NCBI GenBank assembly: GCA_040285855.1
Contig: JAUFOQ010000001.1
Span: 3,286,001-3,350,000 of the forward strand
Origin: Eukaryota sp. GEM-RC1
Lineage: Eukaryota
Length of the DNA: 64,000 bases
Direction: 5' to 3'
Below are positions 24,580 to 37,846 of the stretch, one piece after another (position 1 is the first letter of the stretch; every line of letters starts with the position of its first letter). Under the pieces are notes generated by a model that was not told where the DNA came from, did no database searches, and saw nothing but the letters and a program-made list of their open reading frames with translations. The translations under genes and the position numbers were made by a program.

Positions 24580-26895
24580 ATGTCCAAACTATCCAAATTC
24601 TCCCGCTTAAAAGGGACAGCTTCAGTGTTTCAGCCAAGGCAGAATAATTCGGTATCAGTAGCCTCAAGATCTGCGATCAGGCCAATTATGCAACCAAAAT
24701 TTCATGCGGACCAAGCAGACGTGTACAAGTCTGAGGGTGTTCTAAGTAAGTCCAACGCGGTTCTAAGTAGCTGGGAAAAGCCCTATGGCCATCGTCATTG
24801 TGTGATTTCCAATTCTGTTGACATCGTTTCCCAACTCTACCACAACAAACAACAGGAGTTTCTGACGGATGTTCATATCGTCTTCCACTGTCAATCCTAT
24901 CCTTGTCACTCTTCTTTCCTCTCCTCCTTCAGTCCAATCTTGAAAGAGAAGCTACTCAGCTCCGATCCTGAAGTAAACCTCCCCCAACTAGAGTCTCTGG
25001 TTCCCGATGCCGATCTCTTCTTCCAAATCCTAGACTACTGTTACGGACAACCCTTTCAACTTACTCTTGGCAGCATTGGCTTTGTCCTTACCTTATGCTC
25101 TGCTCTTCAACTCTCCTCTTTAATAGATCCCATACATAGGGTTATGTCTGAAGGATTTTCCAAATCACGTCATCTTCAATTGAAATCTGAAGAAGTCTTA
25201 CAAACTATTAAATCAAGTGTTCAGCGAGATGTGATGATTTCCTACATGGATCAATCCCTGACAATTTGCTCATTGGTATTGATTTGTTGCTCTGAATATT
25301 TTAAAAACATATTTTGTTCGAATTACGCTGATTCCAAAGAACGAAACTTTTCTTACAGTGCCGAATTTTACGGTGTTCCTGGTTCAAGTTTTCAGACTTT
25401 TTTTAAATATTTCCTTGGTGAGTCGTTCAATCTTGACGTCAACAATGTCGTTGATTTCTATCAATTAGCAGTGTACTTCAAAGTAAAACAATTGAAAGAA
25501 ATTTGTGACTCATTTGTTTCTTCCCTTACTTCTACCACAGATATACTCACTTTGTTGAAAACTATTTCAGAACGAAATCTAATGAATGTTCTGTACCAAA
25601 ATTTAAATCTTTTCGTAAAATTAGATTATGATCGAGACCTCACATCTCCTTTTACTTTACCCCTTCCATGGATCTTTCTTTTAATTGACAGTGTTACAAG
25701 TTCTTGGGTGCTTCAATGTTTGACTTTCTCTATCAACCGTGAAGTTTTTGAAGAAGACTACAATGATTTGATTCAAATATTTGAAAAAGTTTCTGTGAAT
25801 GATCAAAATATCAATGAAATTTATACTAGTTTGCTTCCCTTATTTGATCAGGATTATCTTTCTGAATTCCTATTAACTTGGTCAATGAAAGTCTTTCAGG
25901 GGGTTCAAAATGTTGACGTTATCCCTCATCAATGGTTTTTGTGGTGTTTATCTCAAAGTTGTTTGAATCATAAGAGAACCAAAATTTTACATGATTATGA
26001 TGATTTTCTTGTTCAGAATTTCTCCTTGATTATTGACAATAGTGACCTTTTAAAAAATTGTTATTCTTCTTATCTTACACCTGAAATTCTAAAAGACTTG
26101 AAAAATTGCCTTCCTTCTTCTTATGATCTATTTCTTATTAAATGTCTTGTTAAGTCTTGGAAAGAAACTGAATTATGGACGGTGCAGAATTTCAAATGTG
26201 CAATATCACTTTTTGCCTTCCATTCCAGTGAAGACACATTTGAAATTTTGAACATTCTTTCAGAATTGATAACTGATACACAACTTGCTCGTTTCCTAAC
26301 CGTAGACTTGTTAAAGCATTCTTTAGCAGCATTGAAGGACTCTAACGAACAATTCGTACTACTAAACAGTGAGCTAAAGAGTCTAAAACAATCCCCTTTG
26401 ATTGAGAAACAATCCCCTTTGATTGAGAAACATGCAGCTCTAATTGGTACTTTTAATTCCAGTTTCTGCGGTTCCGAACTTTGTTTATCAAGTAATAACT
26501 CCGTTGTTAAAAAGACTGGTTCTGATTCTATTTATAATAGTTTTGTAGAAGTTAATATTTCAGACAATTGTTCTGTTAAATTTACAAGGTTAGATGATCC
26601 TGACAATGTTGAGTCTGATTATATCGGTTGGAAAGATAGAGGTAGTCTTCAAAATAGTCCTCCTGGTCTTTGTATTTGTCCTCTTGGTGCTTACAACGGA
26701 TCTTTCTCCCCTTCAAATCCAGGATTCCCTACAATTACCAGAGGAGAATCAATTACTGTTAGTTATTCTAATGGTAAAGCTCGTTTCAAACCTTCTACTT
26801 GTACAGCTTATTATAGTATCGATATTCCTAGTAATTTGGTTTTTGGACTGACAGTCTGGGGTCAAAATCATGAATGGAAAGTAGAACGTGTTTGA
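24580..26895 (+). CDS. Tandem-BTB/POZ protein with C-terminal SPRY/B30.2-like domain
   Basis: Intact ORF (upstream ATG at 24496 also possible). BTB region clearly paralogous to 21021. Beta-rich C-terminus begins FNSSFCGSELCLSSNNSVVKK. Contains a 21-bp tandem duplication (KQSPLIE x2). Confidence 0.85.
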   Translation: MSKLSKFSRLKGTASVFQPRQNNSVSVASRSAIRPIMQPKFHADQADVYKSEGVLSKSNAVLSSWEKPYGHRHCVISNSVDIVSQLYHNKQQEFLTDVHIVFHCQSYPCHSSFLSSFSPILKEKLLSSDPEVNLPQLESLVPDADLFFQILDYCYGQPFQLTLGSIGFVLTLCSALQLSSLIDPIHRVMSEGFSKSRHLQLKSEEVLQTIKSSVQRDVMISYMDQSLTICSLVLICCSEYFKNIFCSNYADSKERNFSYSAEFYGVPGSSFQTFFKYFLGESFNLDVNNVVDFYQLAVYFKVKQLKEICDSFVSSLTSTTDILTLLKTISERNLMNVLYQNLNLFVKLDYDRDLTSPFTLPLPWIFLLIDSVTSSWVLQCLTFSINREVFEEDYNDLIQIFEKVSVNDQNINEIYTSLLPLFDQDYLSEFLLTWSMKVFQGVQNVDVIPHQWFLWCLSQSCLNHKRTKILHDYDDFLVQNFSLIIDNSDLLKNCYSSYLTPEILKDLKNCLPSSYDLFLIKCLVKSWKETELWTVQNFKCAISLFAFHSSEDTFEILNILSELITDTQLARFLTVDLLKHSLAALKDSNEQFVLLNSELKSLKQSPLIEKQSPLIEKHAALIGTFNSSFCGSELCLSSNNSVVKKTGSDSIYNSFVEVNISDNCSVKFTRLDDPDNVESDYIGWKDRGSLQNSPPGLCICPLGAYNGSFSPSNPGFPTITRGESITVSYSNGKARFKPSTCTAYYSIDIPSNLVFGLTVWGQNHEWKVERV

Positions 26896-26999
26896 TTGGT
26901 GTGTGTGTTTACTTATATACGAAACATTATTCATCATTTGGTCATCCCTGGTAACATTATTTAAAATAAACACTTCATTTAAAAAACATCTTTTACCTC

Positions 27000-28560
27000 T
27001 TAAAGATACATAAAATCTAGAGACGTAGCAAAACTAACAATACTACTCCATGACATGGTCTCGAACGTCAAAGAGTTTCTTCAAATTTCTGTCGAACTAC
27101 TGGAACATTGAACCATATATAGAAAAAATAAGACAATATTTCAAAAAGCAGATGCTGAACTTCTTGCCAAATTCGCAACAAAATTGACTAAAAGATGACA
27201 AAAACATTTGAGCTACAGAACCCAGATTCCGATAAATTGAGATACCGAAAGGTTGAAACACCAAAGCATTATGCCTTTGTGAATTCAATTTAGAAATATA
27301 ATCACATTGACGAAGATATGTCTTATCTTCAGCATTATCAAAAGGTAAAATTCATCATCGAATATTTTGTTCTATCAGTATCAATACAAGGAAAACAACT
27401 TCTTGATAATTCATCATGGGCCAATTAAATCACCACGACTCTTATCACGAATGAAAATATCGAAAAATGCGGACAATAGTGGTTCACTTTTACCATCAAA
27501 TTTACCATGAAATCCGTTGGATTTAAATAAAGAAAGACATTGATCACGGATACTGTTGTAAAGAACAGATCTCATATGAATAAATTTAGGGCAATTAACT
27601 ATGTGATAAAATGAAGCAGACTTTGAAGCACTACAGATGGACTTGGACTGTTGAAGTAAGCCATTAGGCCAGAGTCCCAATCTTAAACGCGTGTGATCAA
27701 TTACCCATTATTGATGGGTCAAATTAAAATTCAAACGTTGAGAATTGCGAATGACTCAAGAAGACGCAGCAGCACTTGAAATGTCCTTAAAAAATGCACA
27801 AAAATCGGGACGATTAATTTTAGCTAAGCTAATGCCATTTTCAAAGTTCAAAAAGTTAATAAACTTTTTCTGGAACTTACGTACACACATTGGAAGGGGA
27901 GAAAATATAGCGTTTTGGGATTTCACTCACTGAAACACGAAACAAAGAAGACCATACTTCGGCATCAAGATTTTGGAAATATAATTCAAGCCAAGAAGCC
28001 AAAAACAATTTGAGGAAGATAACATGTCACCAGAAGTCCAACAATCCCTGAACCGAGCACGACATTCTAAAAAAAAATCGTTAGACATCCTACTAGAAAT
28101 GTCCCTTCGTACATATTTTGCTTTTGAGAATCCAATTCCATCAAATTCTGGTGAACAAAAACAATGACTACTAAAATAATAGTAACCCATAAATTTTGTT
28201 CTCATTTTGTTAAAATTGCTTGAAAAATCCCAAGTCACATCAGGAGGAAGACCTCGAAGAAAGTGATTAATTTTTCCATAGAAACAGGCCTGTAACATTG
28301 CAAAAGACACTTGTTTGCCAACATCTAAATCTAAGATTTCTTTTGATTGGTAATTCTCTAAAAACCCAATAGACTCATTACTGTAATTAACGAAAGGAAT
28401 TGGATCGTTGTAAATCAAAGAAACTTTGTGACGACCAATTATGAGACATTTTTGAAATTAATTGATAATCCAATGTCCTTTGAGAGAGAGACTTCGTTTA
28501 TCGAATTCAGAATATTTGTTGACCAAGTGAAACTACAGAAAAGGTCCATTTTGAAATTGT
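27000..28560 (-). mobile_element. Degenerate RLE-type non-LTR retrotransposon
   Basis: CFYGKINHFLRG, FDGIGFS, RLGLWP, HIVNCPKF..LYNSIRD, SRGDLI, FQPFGISIY; homologous to 37847-39643; many frameshifts. Confidence 0.85.
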
Positions 28561-28639
28561 AGAATTGTACACAGACTGACTGGACAAAGATACAAAGACT
28601 GGAACTGAAAGTGAAATGAGTACCACTACACGTCCAATC

Positions 28640-28800
28640 CTATTCAGTCAAAAGTTGAATCGTATTGTTTTTACAATATTTAAAACAATTACTATCATGA
28701 TTTCAAAAGCCCTATTAGCTCTCAGTGTTTTTTATGAAGAAAAAGCTGATGTGAGTTTTAATGGCAACAATTGTTGCTTTAATAATATTGAGTTCTAGTA
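28640..28800 (+). mobile_element. RLE-retroposon 3'-end fragment
   Basis: NRIVFTIFKTITIMISKALLALSVFYEEKADVSFNGNNCCFNNIEF*, the same tail as at 63787-63993. Confidence 0.8.
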
Positions 28801-28867
28801 TTTGTGTTTATTTTAGTGATTTTGTTCCATAAACCATTGAAATTGGAAAAATTAATTCAATCAAAAG

Positions 28868-28941
28868 TGCCATCCCGCGGATTTGAACCACGGACCTTAC
28901 GATCTTCAGTCGTACGCTCTAACCATCTGAGCTAGGACGGC
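28868..28941 (-). tRNA. tRNA-Phe (GAA), no intron
   Basis: GCCGTCCTAGCTCAGATGGTTAGAGCGTACGACTGAAGATCGTAAGGTCCGTGGTTCAAATCCGCGGGATGGCA. Acceptor stem GCCGTCC/GGATGGC, anticodon loop CT-GAA-GA, T-loop GGTTCAAATCC, TTTT pol III terminator downstream. Confidence 0.97.
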
Positions 28942-29049
28942 GAAGAACTATTCTACATCTCAGCACCAAGTTTCGTTCTCTAACCTCTAACCAAGCACCA
29001 ACAAAATCCATACTGATTTTCTTACAGTTTTTTTTATCAGTGGACCTTG

Positions 29050-29830
29050 CTGTATAGCACAATCACATCTTCTCAGAACCTCGTCTTGGTGGTATTGGTG
29101 TCACATCATCCAGGGCCAAGTCTGCTCTTATTGATGGTAAGAATTACCACCCGGGTGAATTGGGAGCCCTATTGAGTTCTGTAGACTATATCTAAGTCAA
29201 GAAGAGTTTCTACAAGTAGTTTTTTTTATAATAACTGTCGCTAATTTCAACTGACCTCTGGCAAACTCGTTTCACAGCCAATACTTGTGATATTCCAGAA
29301 CGATGTGCTACTTCTTTGACATTTGCTCTTGATGCTGCAAACATTTACATTTTGAATGTCTGCATTCTAAAATCCGACTTGGCTCGAACAATAAACAAAT
29401 TCAGTGTTCACAATTTTTTTAATCGATTTGAAGGACAGTTCTTCAGTTGCTTTGATAAACCAAACTACATTTCGTATGCAAGTCTTGAGCCATTTAATAA
29501 CGGAGCTAACTCCAATATTTAGAAGATAATTTTACTCCTGGATTGTTGATGAATGATGATCAATGGACTACAACATTTATACTTCGCTGTTTCTTGTGGT
29601 CCTCTAATTTAGTTAATAAATATATTCGAAATGTAATACGTAGCGATTAAACAACTAAAATGTTATATCATTTAATTTACCTAATGATCTTGAATGTAAG
29701 TGTGGTAAATTTGTTACTTTCCCTCACCTTCAGGGTTGTCATCGTTTCACTACATATAGAACTTGTATTCATGATGCTGTAAATAAATACAAATGTGCAA
29801 GTCCTACAAAATCGAATCTTTCGTTGAGCC
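29050..29830 (+). mobile_element. Degenerate RLE-type retroposon fragment
   Basis: FSEPRLGGIG..., GLLMNDDQW, CKCGKFVTFPHL..CIHDAV, MCKSYKIESFVEPL. Confidence 0.7.
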
Positions 29831-30210
29831 ACTGAAGAGATCACTTGAAATCAATAAGTTAAAAAAACTGTCATTAATACGACATAAAAGACTTAAATCG
29901 CTGACAAAATTCAAAATAGCAGATGAAACAAATGAAAACTTAGTACATAAATTTTCATTAAGCTTCTTCAATGCATCCGCACAATTAAAACACTTTCGCT
30001 GTTCAGCCTTTTCCAGATGACCGTTTAAATCATTCAATGTGGAGTCTTTGTAGACATTTGTAAACAGGTCAACTACGACTGAATCGAAAATATTTTGAGC
30101 CAAAGCTCTCAAAAAAAAGTTATTCATACCACCAACGAATGCACTTTTACATAAATACACGGCTCTTGAAAAACCAAAACCACCAAATTTTGGACTGAAA
30201 AGGGCATAAT
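29830..30210 (-). mobile_element. RLE-type retroposon fragment, opposite orientation, abutting the previous one
   Basis: FSPKFGGFGFSRAVYLCKSAFVGGMNNF matches FGGVGFSRAEYLCQSAYLGGLKNF of the 37847 ORF. Confidence 0.75.
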
Positions 30211-30229
30211 AAAATCAACAAAGTACATA

Positions 30230-31954
30230 TTAATATTTAATATAACCCATACTAAAGACAAAGTGTACAAGTCTAATGTTTTCTTTTATGAACAAAGAAA
30301 CTACCCAACAAGACCAAAATCTAAGTCTACTGAGATCCAAAAACTTTCTACCACCACTTTTAAAATTCCGTTGATTACCTGGTGAACTACCCAAAACATC
30401 AAAAAATCCAACACTCTCCCGCCTATTCTGAATTCTTGGCGCCACTTCTTCAATCTGAATACCCATCCTAACCTTCAACCTATTAATCCTCTCTTCATGA
30501 GCCTCATCTGGAGGTCTAGCAAAGTATCTACAACTATTAACATCCAATGGATTCACTACAGTAGAATCAATTACAAAGGATGACACAACGCCTGCTTTAC
30601 AGAAATCCTCTGAAGGGGATCTAAAAACAGACATTCTTCTAAGAAAGAGACGAATATGTTTCGCTCAGTCTTCACTTCCTCTTCTAGAGAATCACCTGGA
30701 AGGGGATAATTATGCACAATGTCAGGGAGATACCTGAACTTAAAGTACCGTTTAGACTGAGGTACCTGACATCTCTGCTCTCCATAGTAAATGGTTTCAC
30801 TCTTTAACTTGTAACAAGAAGGTTGAGCTACCGGTCGCTTGGCTTCATACTCATAGGTCAAGCCCCGTCTAACCACAGTTTTATAGCCAACACCTCCTGA
30901 ACAAGGAGCAAGGGAAGAGTCAAAAGAAAAGAATGAGTTGGCGTTCTTGCTCTTACTCAGCATGTAATCAGGAAGAGATCCCATCATTTCAATGATACGT
31001 GATAATTGTGAGTATTGAGATACACCTGGAAAGAGCGGCAATCCTAGAAAGAGTTCAGCTGCTATACATCCTAGAGACCAAACGTCAATAAAAGAGTTGT
31101 ACGGAAGACCAAGGATTACTTCAGGAGCTCGGTAGAATCGAGATTGGATATACGTGTAGGCTGTGTGTTCTTCATAGCAACTTGAACCGAAATCAATCAG
31201 TTTGATTGCTGGCGTGGAGGAGTCGACTAATAGGATATTCTCAGGCTTCATATCACAGTGAATGATTCTGCAATCATCGAGGACTGTCATCGCCACGAGT
31301 AGTTGCCTAATTAGGACTCGTATGAAGGATAGAGAAAGACCTCTAAAGTTATTCTGTTTGATTAATTCATATAGATTGACTGAGAGGAGCTCAAAGACAA
31401 TACATAAGTGATTGCAGTGAGTGAAGTACTCAGTCATTTTGATTAGGTTTTTGTCGTTCAGGGGATCTTCTTTAAGTAAGTGGGACAGAATCTTGATCTC
31501 CATTAGAGCTTGTTTATAGTAGGCTGTTTTGTTTTTAATGACCTTGACTGCGAAGTGTGTGTTGTCAGAGAGACGTATGCATTGGACTACTTGGCCGAAG
31601 GTTCCCTGCCCAAGCATGTGGAGGACTTGGTAGGAGGAAGGGCCAGAACCGAGGATGTCATTGACATGAAGTATGAGATCAGAGTTGACGTTGTCTTTTC
31701 CATTGTTAGATGCAGGTTGATATGGTTTAGTGAGGATTCTACGAGGATTTCGAGAAGGGGAGTATTGGAATTGAGGGTTGGAATCGGCATAAGATTGTAC
31801 GAGATTCAAGGTAACTCGATGGATGATCTAGAGTAAGATTATAAGAGCTCTTACATACAGGCGGAGACTCTCGAGTCATATGTGCCACCGGTGGGGAGAT
31901 ATCCCGAAACAACCGGAAACTATTGCGATGTGGAGCAATAGAGTCCAAAGACAT
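30230..31954 (-). CDS. YAK1: YAK1/DYRK-family dual-specificity protein kinase; 1 intron, 1 homopolymer frameshift
   Basis: LGQGTFGQV, AVKVIK, IIHCDMKPEN, DFGSSC, YTYIQSRFYRAPE. Exon 1 is 31954-31859 and the intron 31858-31828. The C-terminus continues (HPFVIDST..) if A3 at 30575-30577 is A4. Confidence 0.9.
31828..31858 (-). other. 31-nt spliceosomal intron
   Basis: GTATGTAAGAGCTCTTATAATCTTACTCTAG; removal joins ATG 31954 to the kinase frame. Confidence 0.85.
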
Positions 31955-32459
31955 GATGTACTACCCAAAAGGAATGGGGAAGGGAGTGGAGGGTTGTCGA
32001 GTTGAGGGTTTCTGGAAAAACGCAAATTCCCAAGGAAGAACACGATTTCTATCTCCAATAAGGATATCTTCAAACAGTTACAATACACAATATACAACTA
32101 GAAAGGGATATTACCTGAATGTCGGTCCTACACATTTTGTTTATTTATCTATATGATTGTTGTGTTCAATTTGGGTTTCACTTGGAAGCAAATAAACAAA
32201 TTTAGCGGCTACTTTCTACCCTCCCAATCTGCCCAGTCATACTGGGATGGAAGTCTGTGTGTTGAATAATCTACGTGTAGTATTTATTGTACCGTCAATG
32301 GTTGAACTAGTATTAGCTTTTGTAAAAACATAATCAGATAAATCAAGATAAATTCTCAATACGATAATTGGTCAACAGCATCTAAAACAATATTAAACGA
32401 AACTCTAGAGTTTTTTTTAACAAATAATCGTACATTTATTCGAAAATAAAAAACATGAT

Positions 32460-32545
32460 CTAATACTCAATGTCATCAAAACAAGATTCCGTCGAATCGA
32501 ACCTTGTTGAAGCTTTGTCTTCATAAAACAAATCTCTAGAGTTAG
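32460..32545 (-). mobile_element. RLE-retroposon 3'-end fragment
   Basis: FYEDKASTRFDSTESCFDDIEY*, the same family tail. Confidence 0.65.
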
Positions 32546-32893
32546 AACAAATATTACAGTTACATTGTCTGATCCATTTCTTTGTGAGCACACTTCCAAA
32601 CTTGGCATCAATCCAATCATTAAATTCGATAGTTATATTTTTAAACTGGCCATAATCAAATATTTCAACTATTGAATAATAAAGTACAAGAACACAAGTT
32701 TTATCAATCTCAACGACACAATAATTAATCAAATGTACAAGAGGCAGAATCATTCATGAAAAACACGTCCACTAAACACGTGTAATATAATAAAAATGGA
32801 TCAAAGAGAGACCTTCATAAAGTACAAATACACACTAACTTCCCTATACATAAAGTACAAAGTTTTTAAATCCAAAACATCCACATCAATTCT

Positions 32894-33863
32894 TCATTTG
32901 GACTTAGAGAGATCATGACTGACGAAGAAGTTATGCTGTCGTTTATCCTTGACTTCTTCAACAGTCAACATTGGGAGTTTCACTGTTTTCTTGGGTTTAG
33001 ACAACATCAGAAGCCTTCGTTCCTTAAATACTTTAGGAAACATGTCGGGAACCTTCGGAGAATTAGGTTCAGAGGTGGAGGTAGGTTCATTTCGAGCAGT
33101 CAGACATATACTAGACAGATCTTGGGAATGTGATTTCGTTGGTCTCTGCAAGCGATGAGGACGTTTGAGATGGGTGAAGGACATTGGTTGTTTGGGACCA
33201 AGATCTTGTAGCCTAGGACTCATTGTGGGACAGGCAGCAGCCATGGGATACGGTTGTTGTTTGAGATCATGAGAGTACTGGGCAAAAGTCTTATACTTAC
33301 TGGCAGATTGTTTCTTTTCAAAGACAGAAGGTCTCTCTGGGTTTTTGCTGTGGTAAAGATGATGGTGAGGAGCCATACCTCCATTTATCATTAGTAGATG
33401 AATTGTTGATGAATTTAATGAGTTCTTCCAGAAAAGAAGCAAAAGAAACAGAAGTTGGGCATCGAGCAAGTAGTAAGTGTAACATGGAGTGAAAGAAGTG
33501 GTACTTAGTCATGGTTCTAGATCCTTTACCATCCAGAGAGAAATCAGACTTGGCAGCTGATATGATGGTATCACGAGGGAGAGAAGGCGTTAGAGCGGCA
33601 GCAAGAAAGAGATGGAGACTGGTGTACTGTGATAGTGTCATGGCATTGGAATTCAAAGTGACCATACTCCATAGCACAGAAAGTTGCGTTGTAACCGAAG
33701 GGGAAACATCAATTCGAGTCAGATCTACAGGAATGTCCCCAACATGACGTAGTGAATAGGAATGTCGATGTTTCTGAACTGAGCTGAAGGAGGTGGAAAA
33801 GTTTGGATCAAGATGGAACTGTATGTCATGTCGGGATATGGTGCTAAGAGACAATGAGTTCAT
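32894..33863 (-). CDS. Uncharacterised protein, degenerate EF-hand-like N-terminal region; 1 intron; true 5' end uncertain
   Basis: ORFs 33318-33863 and 32894-33469 join in frame through intron 33378-33348 (..DKWS KNPERP..). Motif LSQYTSLHL..AAAL...SDFSLDGKGSRTMTKYHFFHSM. Confidence 0.6.
33348..33378 (-). other. 31-nt spliceosomal intron
   Basis: GTATGGCTCCTCACCATCATCTTTACCACAG; restores frame. Confidence 0.75.
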
Positions 33864-35078
33864 TGGTTAAAGAGAGTAAGGATCGGAAACAGAAAACAAA
33901 CACGAGCAATTGATTGGAGATACTCTTTTGCTTCAGTTAAGATGCAGCGAATCTTCCACCGCATTCTATCACTCATAGTAATTAGTATGTTTTTGTAGTG
34001 TATCCTACTCCTGAAGAAACAAACTGGGTACAACTGGAACATGAACTATTATTCGTCTTCGACTCCATCCGTTTAGAGACCTAACTTGAGATGGACTGCA
34101 GTCGGTTGTGTCAGTTTAATATTGGAGTTACTATGCTCAACAAATCTGTTGATTTGTCCAATTTATAAAGTCACATACATATATTACAGTAAGTCGATCT
34201 GAACTTCAAATGTGTCTAGTGTTTCAGTAATTATAATTTGATATGTTTTCTTGCCCTTTTCATCTATACACAAACAACAATATGTCACATAACAAAAAAT
34301 ACAAAAATAATAATGACTAAAGCCAATTGCTGGATTCAGACACTTTTCTGTTGTCACCACAAACCACTCTCGACGAGTAATGACGTCATCATCATCTACT
34401 TGGTCCTCGCCAATAGGATCTCTGTCATTAGAGTGTTCTTCAGAAGCACTGTTTTAGTAGGAAAACCATTCTATGGTCATAATGAAAATCGAGAAAAGTA
34501 TAAGAGATAGAGAAAAAGTCACCTCTACGTATTTTCACCTATTAAAACGAGTCAAAGTCACGTTTTGTACATCCCTAGTTTCAAATATTACGATTGGATT
34601 TCTCACGATAATTTCGATTATTCTCAGGTTTAATGGTGCATCTTTAGAGATAAAATACAATTGACTTACACCAACGGAATTTTTGAGGTCTCAAAGTTTT
34701 GGCATCGACTAAACCACTCTGAATTGATCTTTTATTTAAACAATTACAATGTGTATATGGTTCTACGTTAATGAGTGATTCACTCAGTCTTAAGTTTAAT
34801 CAATTTGTAAATAAAATTACTCAGATATTATGGGGAATAAAGTAAACTTGCTTACAGTGCACTTAATATATAATATTTCAACACATTTGAACTGATATTC
34901 TTCCACGACACAACCATTGCTTCTATTACGATTACAGTGTAGAGAACATTGGTCATTTACAGTGACGCTTGTCTTGAAAAGGGCATCCACTGGTACTTCT
35001 CGAAGGTGGTGAAGATTAGTAACTTTGGTTTTTACTAAGAAAGAATACATCACTGGTCGTGGATTCAGAGAGTAAAAA

Positions 35079-35363
35079 GTGACGTTTACAAAGCATCATA
35101 ATGAAGAACCAGCTGCACAAGGTTTTTTAACTTCCTTTGGTAAATTGTGTTCTGAGTATGGTAAAGTTTTCAATGAAAATTTTTGGTTGAGTAGGTTAAC
35201 GTTTGCGTTGTTTCCTTCAATGCACAGATATTTTAATTCAATTTTAGGTAAGTTGTTCGGTGATGGACAGAAGGATCATAGTTTAGATACTTTAGTTAGT
35301 GTCTGTTTAACTTCTGCAAATGCATTTATTTCACTGACTGATCATAAACCCCGTTTTTTTTAA
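35079..35363 (+). mobile_element. RLE-retroposon 3'-end fragment
   Basis: AAQGFLTSFGKLCSEYGKVFNENFWLSRLTFALF..YFNSILGKL aligns with the C-terminus of ORF 37847. Confidence 0.75.
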
Positions 35364-35395
35364 TGAAGAAAGAAAGTTAAATCAAATCACATCAA

Positions 35396-37365
35396 TCAAA
35401 CACGTTCCACTTTCCATTCATGATTTTGACCAAAAACTTCCATTCCAAAAACCAAATTACTAGGAATATCAATACCAAAAGTAGTTGTACACGTAGAAGG
35501 TTTGAAACGAGCTTTACCATTAGAAAAACTAACAGTAATTGATTCTCCTTTAGTAATTGTAGGGAACATTGGATTTGAAGGGGAGAAAGATCCTTCACTG
35601 GAGTCACCTCTAGGACGAATAAAAGGATTCGGCTCAAAATCATCTTGAAGAAAACCTCTATCTTTCCACCCAATAAAGTCTGTACTATCATCCTCGTGAA
35701 GATTATCTAACCTTGTAAATTTAACAGAACAATTATTGGAAAAATTAACTTCTATAAAACTATTAGCATCACCATCAATACCATTCTTTTTAACAACTGT
35801 ATTGTTATTTGATAAGGAAAGTTCTGATCCATAACTGGTAGTATCAAAAGTACCAATAAGAGTTTCAATTCTTCTTCTTTCATTCTCTTCTTCTTCTACC
35901 TTCTGTTTAAAAGCCCGAAGAGTGTCGACCTCGGTCTCTACTTTTTGAAGTTTTAAAAGAAGCTCATCTTTTGAACTTCAAAATTATCAACAAGGTTTGG
36001 TACAATTATTTGATTTGTAATCTTTGAAATAATTGAAAGTAACTCGTCGTCACTTTCGAAAGAAGAAAGTACAAATGACGGTAGTTCTGACTCAGTTAAT
36101 AACGACAAATTGATTGACTCAATACAATCTTTGACGTGATTTGATTGCCAAGAACTTCTTTTCCAGATGACCAGGATTCAATCAGATTTTGGAGGCAAAA
36201 TATTAAAAAATTTCGATTACTTGAAGATTTCTTAATCATTTCGAGTAAAACTTTTGGTTTCAGAGACAGAAGTTGTTGATGAGAGAAATCTTGAAATTGT
36301 GAAATAAGTGGAATAATTTCAAATACTTCAGAAGAATTTTGGCGATTCAGTATTTCCAATAATCTTAGGACCCAGTTTAATGGAATATTTAAAATATTGA
36401 AATTTTTCGAAAAATAATTGATCGAAAATTTGACAATTTTACCCTGAAAAATTGAATTTTTAAAAATGGGTTCAATGATATATTGAAAAATTTCATGACC
36501 GGAAACATTCTCAACGTTCAAGATATTTAAAAATGAAGCAAGTTGTTCATCATCAATCTGATGTTTGTCAATAGATTTCAGCAGACAACTTAATAACCAA
36601 CCAACTTGATTTTTGAATCCAAATTCTTCACCAAAAAGCAACAAATATTCAATACACAAAGGAAAACTTTCAGGTATGGTTTCAAAATCAGAATTCAAAA
36701 ACGGTAACAAATGCTTTAAGAATTCTTGATCTTGACATTGATTCGCTTGTTTAACTAGAAAAAGTAAAGAATCAGTAGAATTTGAAAAGGTAGTTAACAA
36801 TTCAAGACAAGAAGTCATGAGATCTTCAACCATAAAGTATCGAGAAAGCATGTAGAACTTATAGAGATTCTCAAGGGTAATCTCTACTGGCTGAGCGTAG
36901 AGATATGAGAAGAAGGAGCGAAAAGAAGAGGCGGAGACATTGAGGAAAGAAAAATCTTGATCATCCCGGTCATCTGAAAAGTTTAGAGCAAAAGGTTGTG
37001 GAAAAATTCAGAGAACTGAACGAGAACAACTGAATGGCAAGAAATTTGAAGATCACGGAATCTTGCAATGAAATCATGTTGCAGTGAAGTTTTCAGGAGG
37101 TTGTTGCAGAGAGAAGCAGGGGAGATTTGAGCACAAGACATAGTACTAGAACTAGGATCGTTGGAGATAAACCCAGGACGTGAAGAAGCCTGGGTCACAT
37201 CAGAGGTAAACTTTCTGTCTCTAGGAGATGTAAAAGGGGAATAAAGATTGAGGGCAGAATCTTCTGGATTTCCAGGTGGAGAATCAACACTTGCACTTAC
37301 TTTCTTTTTGAGGTTTTAGAAGTATCAGAAGCATAAGTGCTGGACAAACGCTTTTGTGAAGTCAT
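35396..37365 (-). CDS. BTB/POZ + coiled-coil + SPRY-like protein; four single-base homopolymer frameshifts
   Basis: Adding one base to each run at 37305-9, 36990-3, 36159-62 and 35969-72 gives one ORF from MTSQKRL via BTB (ISCHSVVLVQFSEFF) to ...QNHEWKVERV*, the same C-terminal domain as 24580. Confidence 0.7.
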
Positions 37366-37846
37366 GTGATGAAATTGTTCCTAGAAGTCTTGGTGTTAAC
37401 ACAGTACATCCTTCAACTTGGACTCTTTTAATGCATTTAGGTAGTAACAATACACCATTGGCCTTAAGAAACCAAGTAAAGTATCTCATGATGAGACTCA
37501 TGAATTCCTTGCCAAGGTCAATGACGTAGATGCCAATTTCAATGTCTCAAATTGAACCAATCAATGTTTAAATGTTAGATATCGGTCCAAGCGATGTTTC
37601 GATGTTTGATATTGGTCTAATGCTAAAATTATTACCACTAATAGTAGTACATGAAGGATATCATACAAGTTATTTACATTATTCCCAAGTATTTATGTTC
37701 CATCTATTCGAAGTTGTATAGTGACAATTCTCGTGTTGATGTGGAGAATTTAACTTCTTTCATTTTCTGAATTAGTACAGTATGTATTACTTTATTTTTT
37801 TAAAAAAAAACTGGTTTTATGTTATAAATTAACGAAATACAAACAA

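Noticed and set aside
33860..34042. Upstream exon (MSDRMRWKIR..IAR) joined by a GTTTGT..TTAG intron
   Set aside because: The first AG gives a 58-nt intron that does not restore the downstream frame; unresolved.
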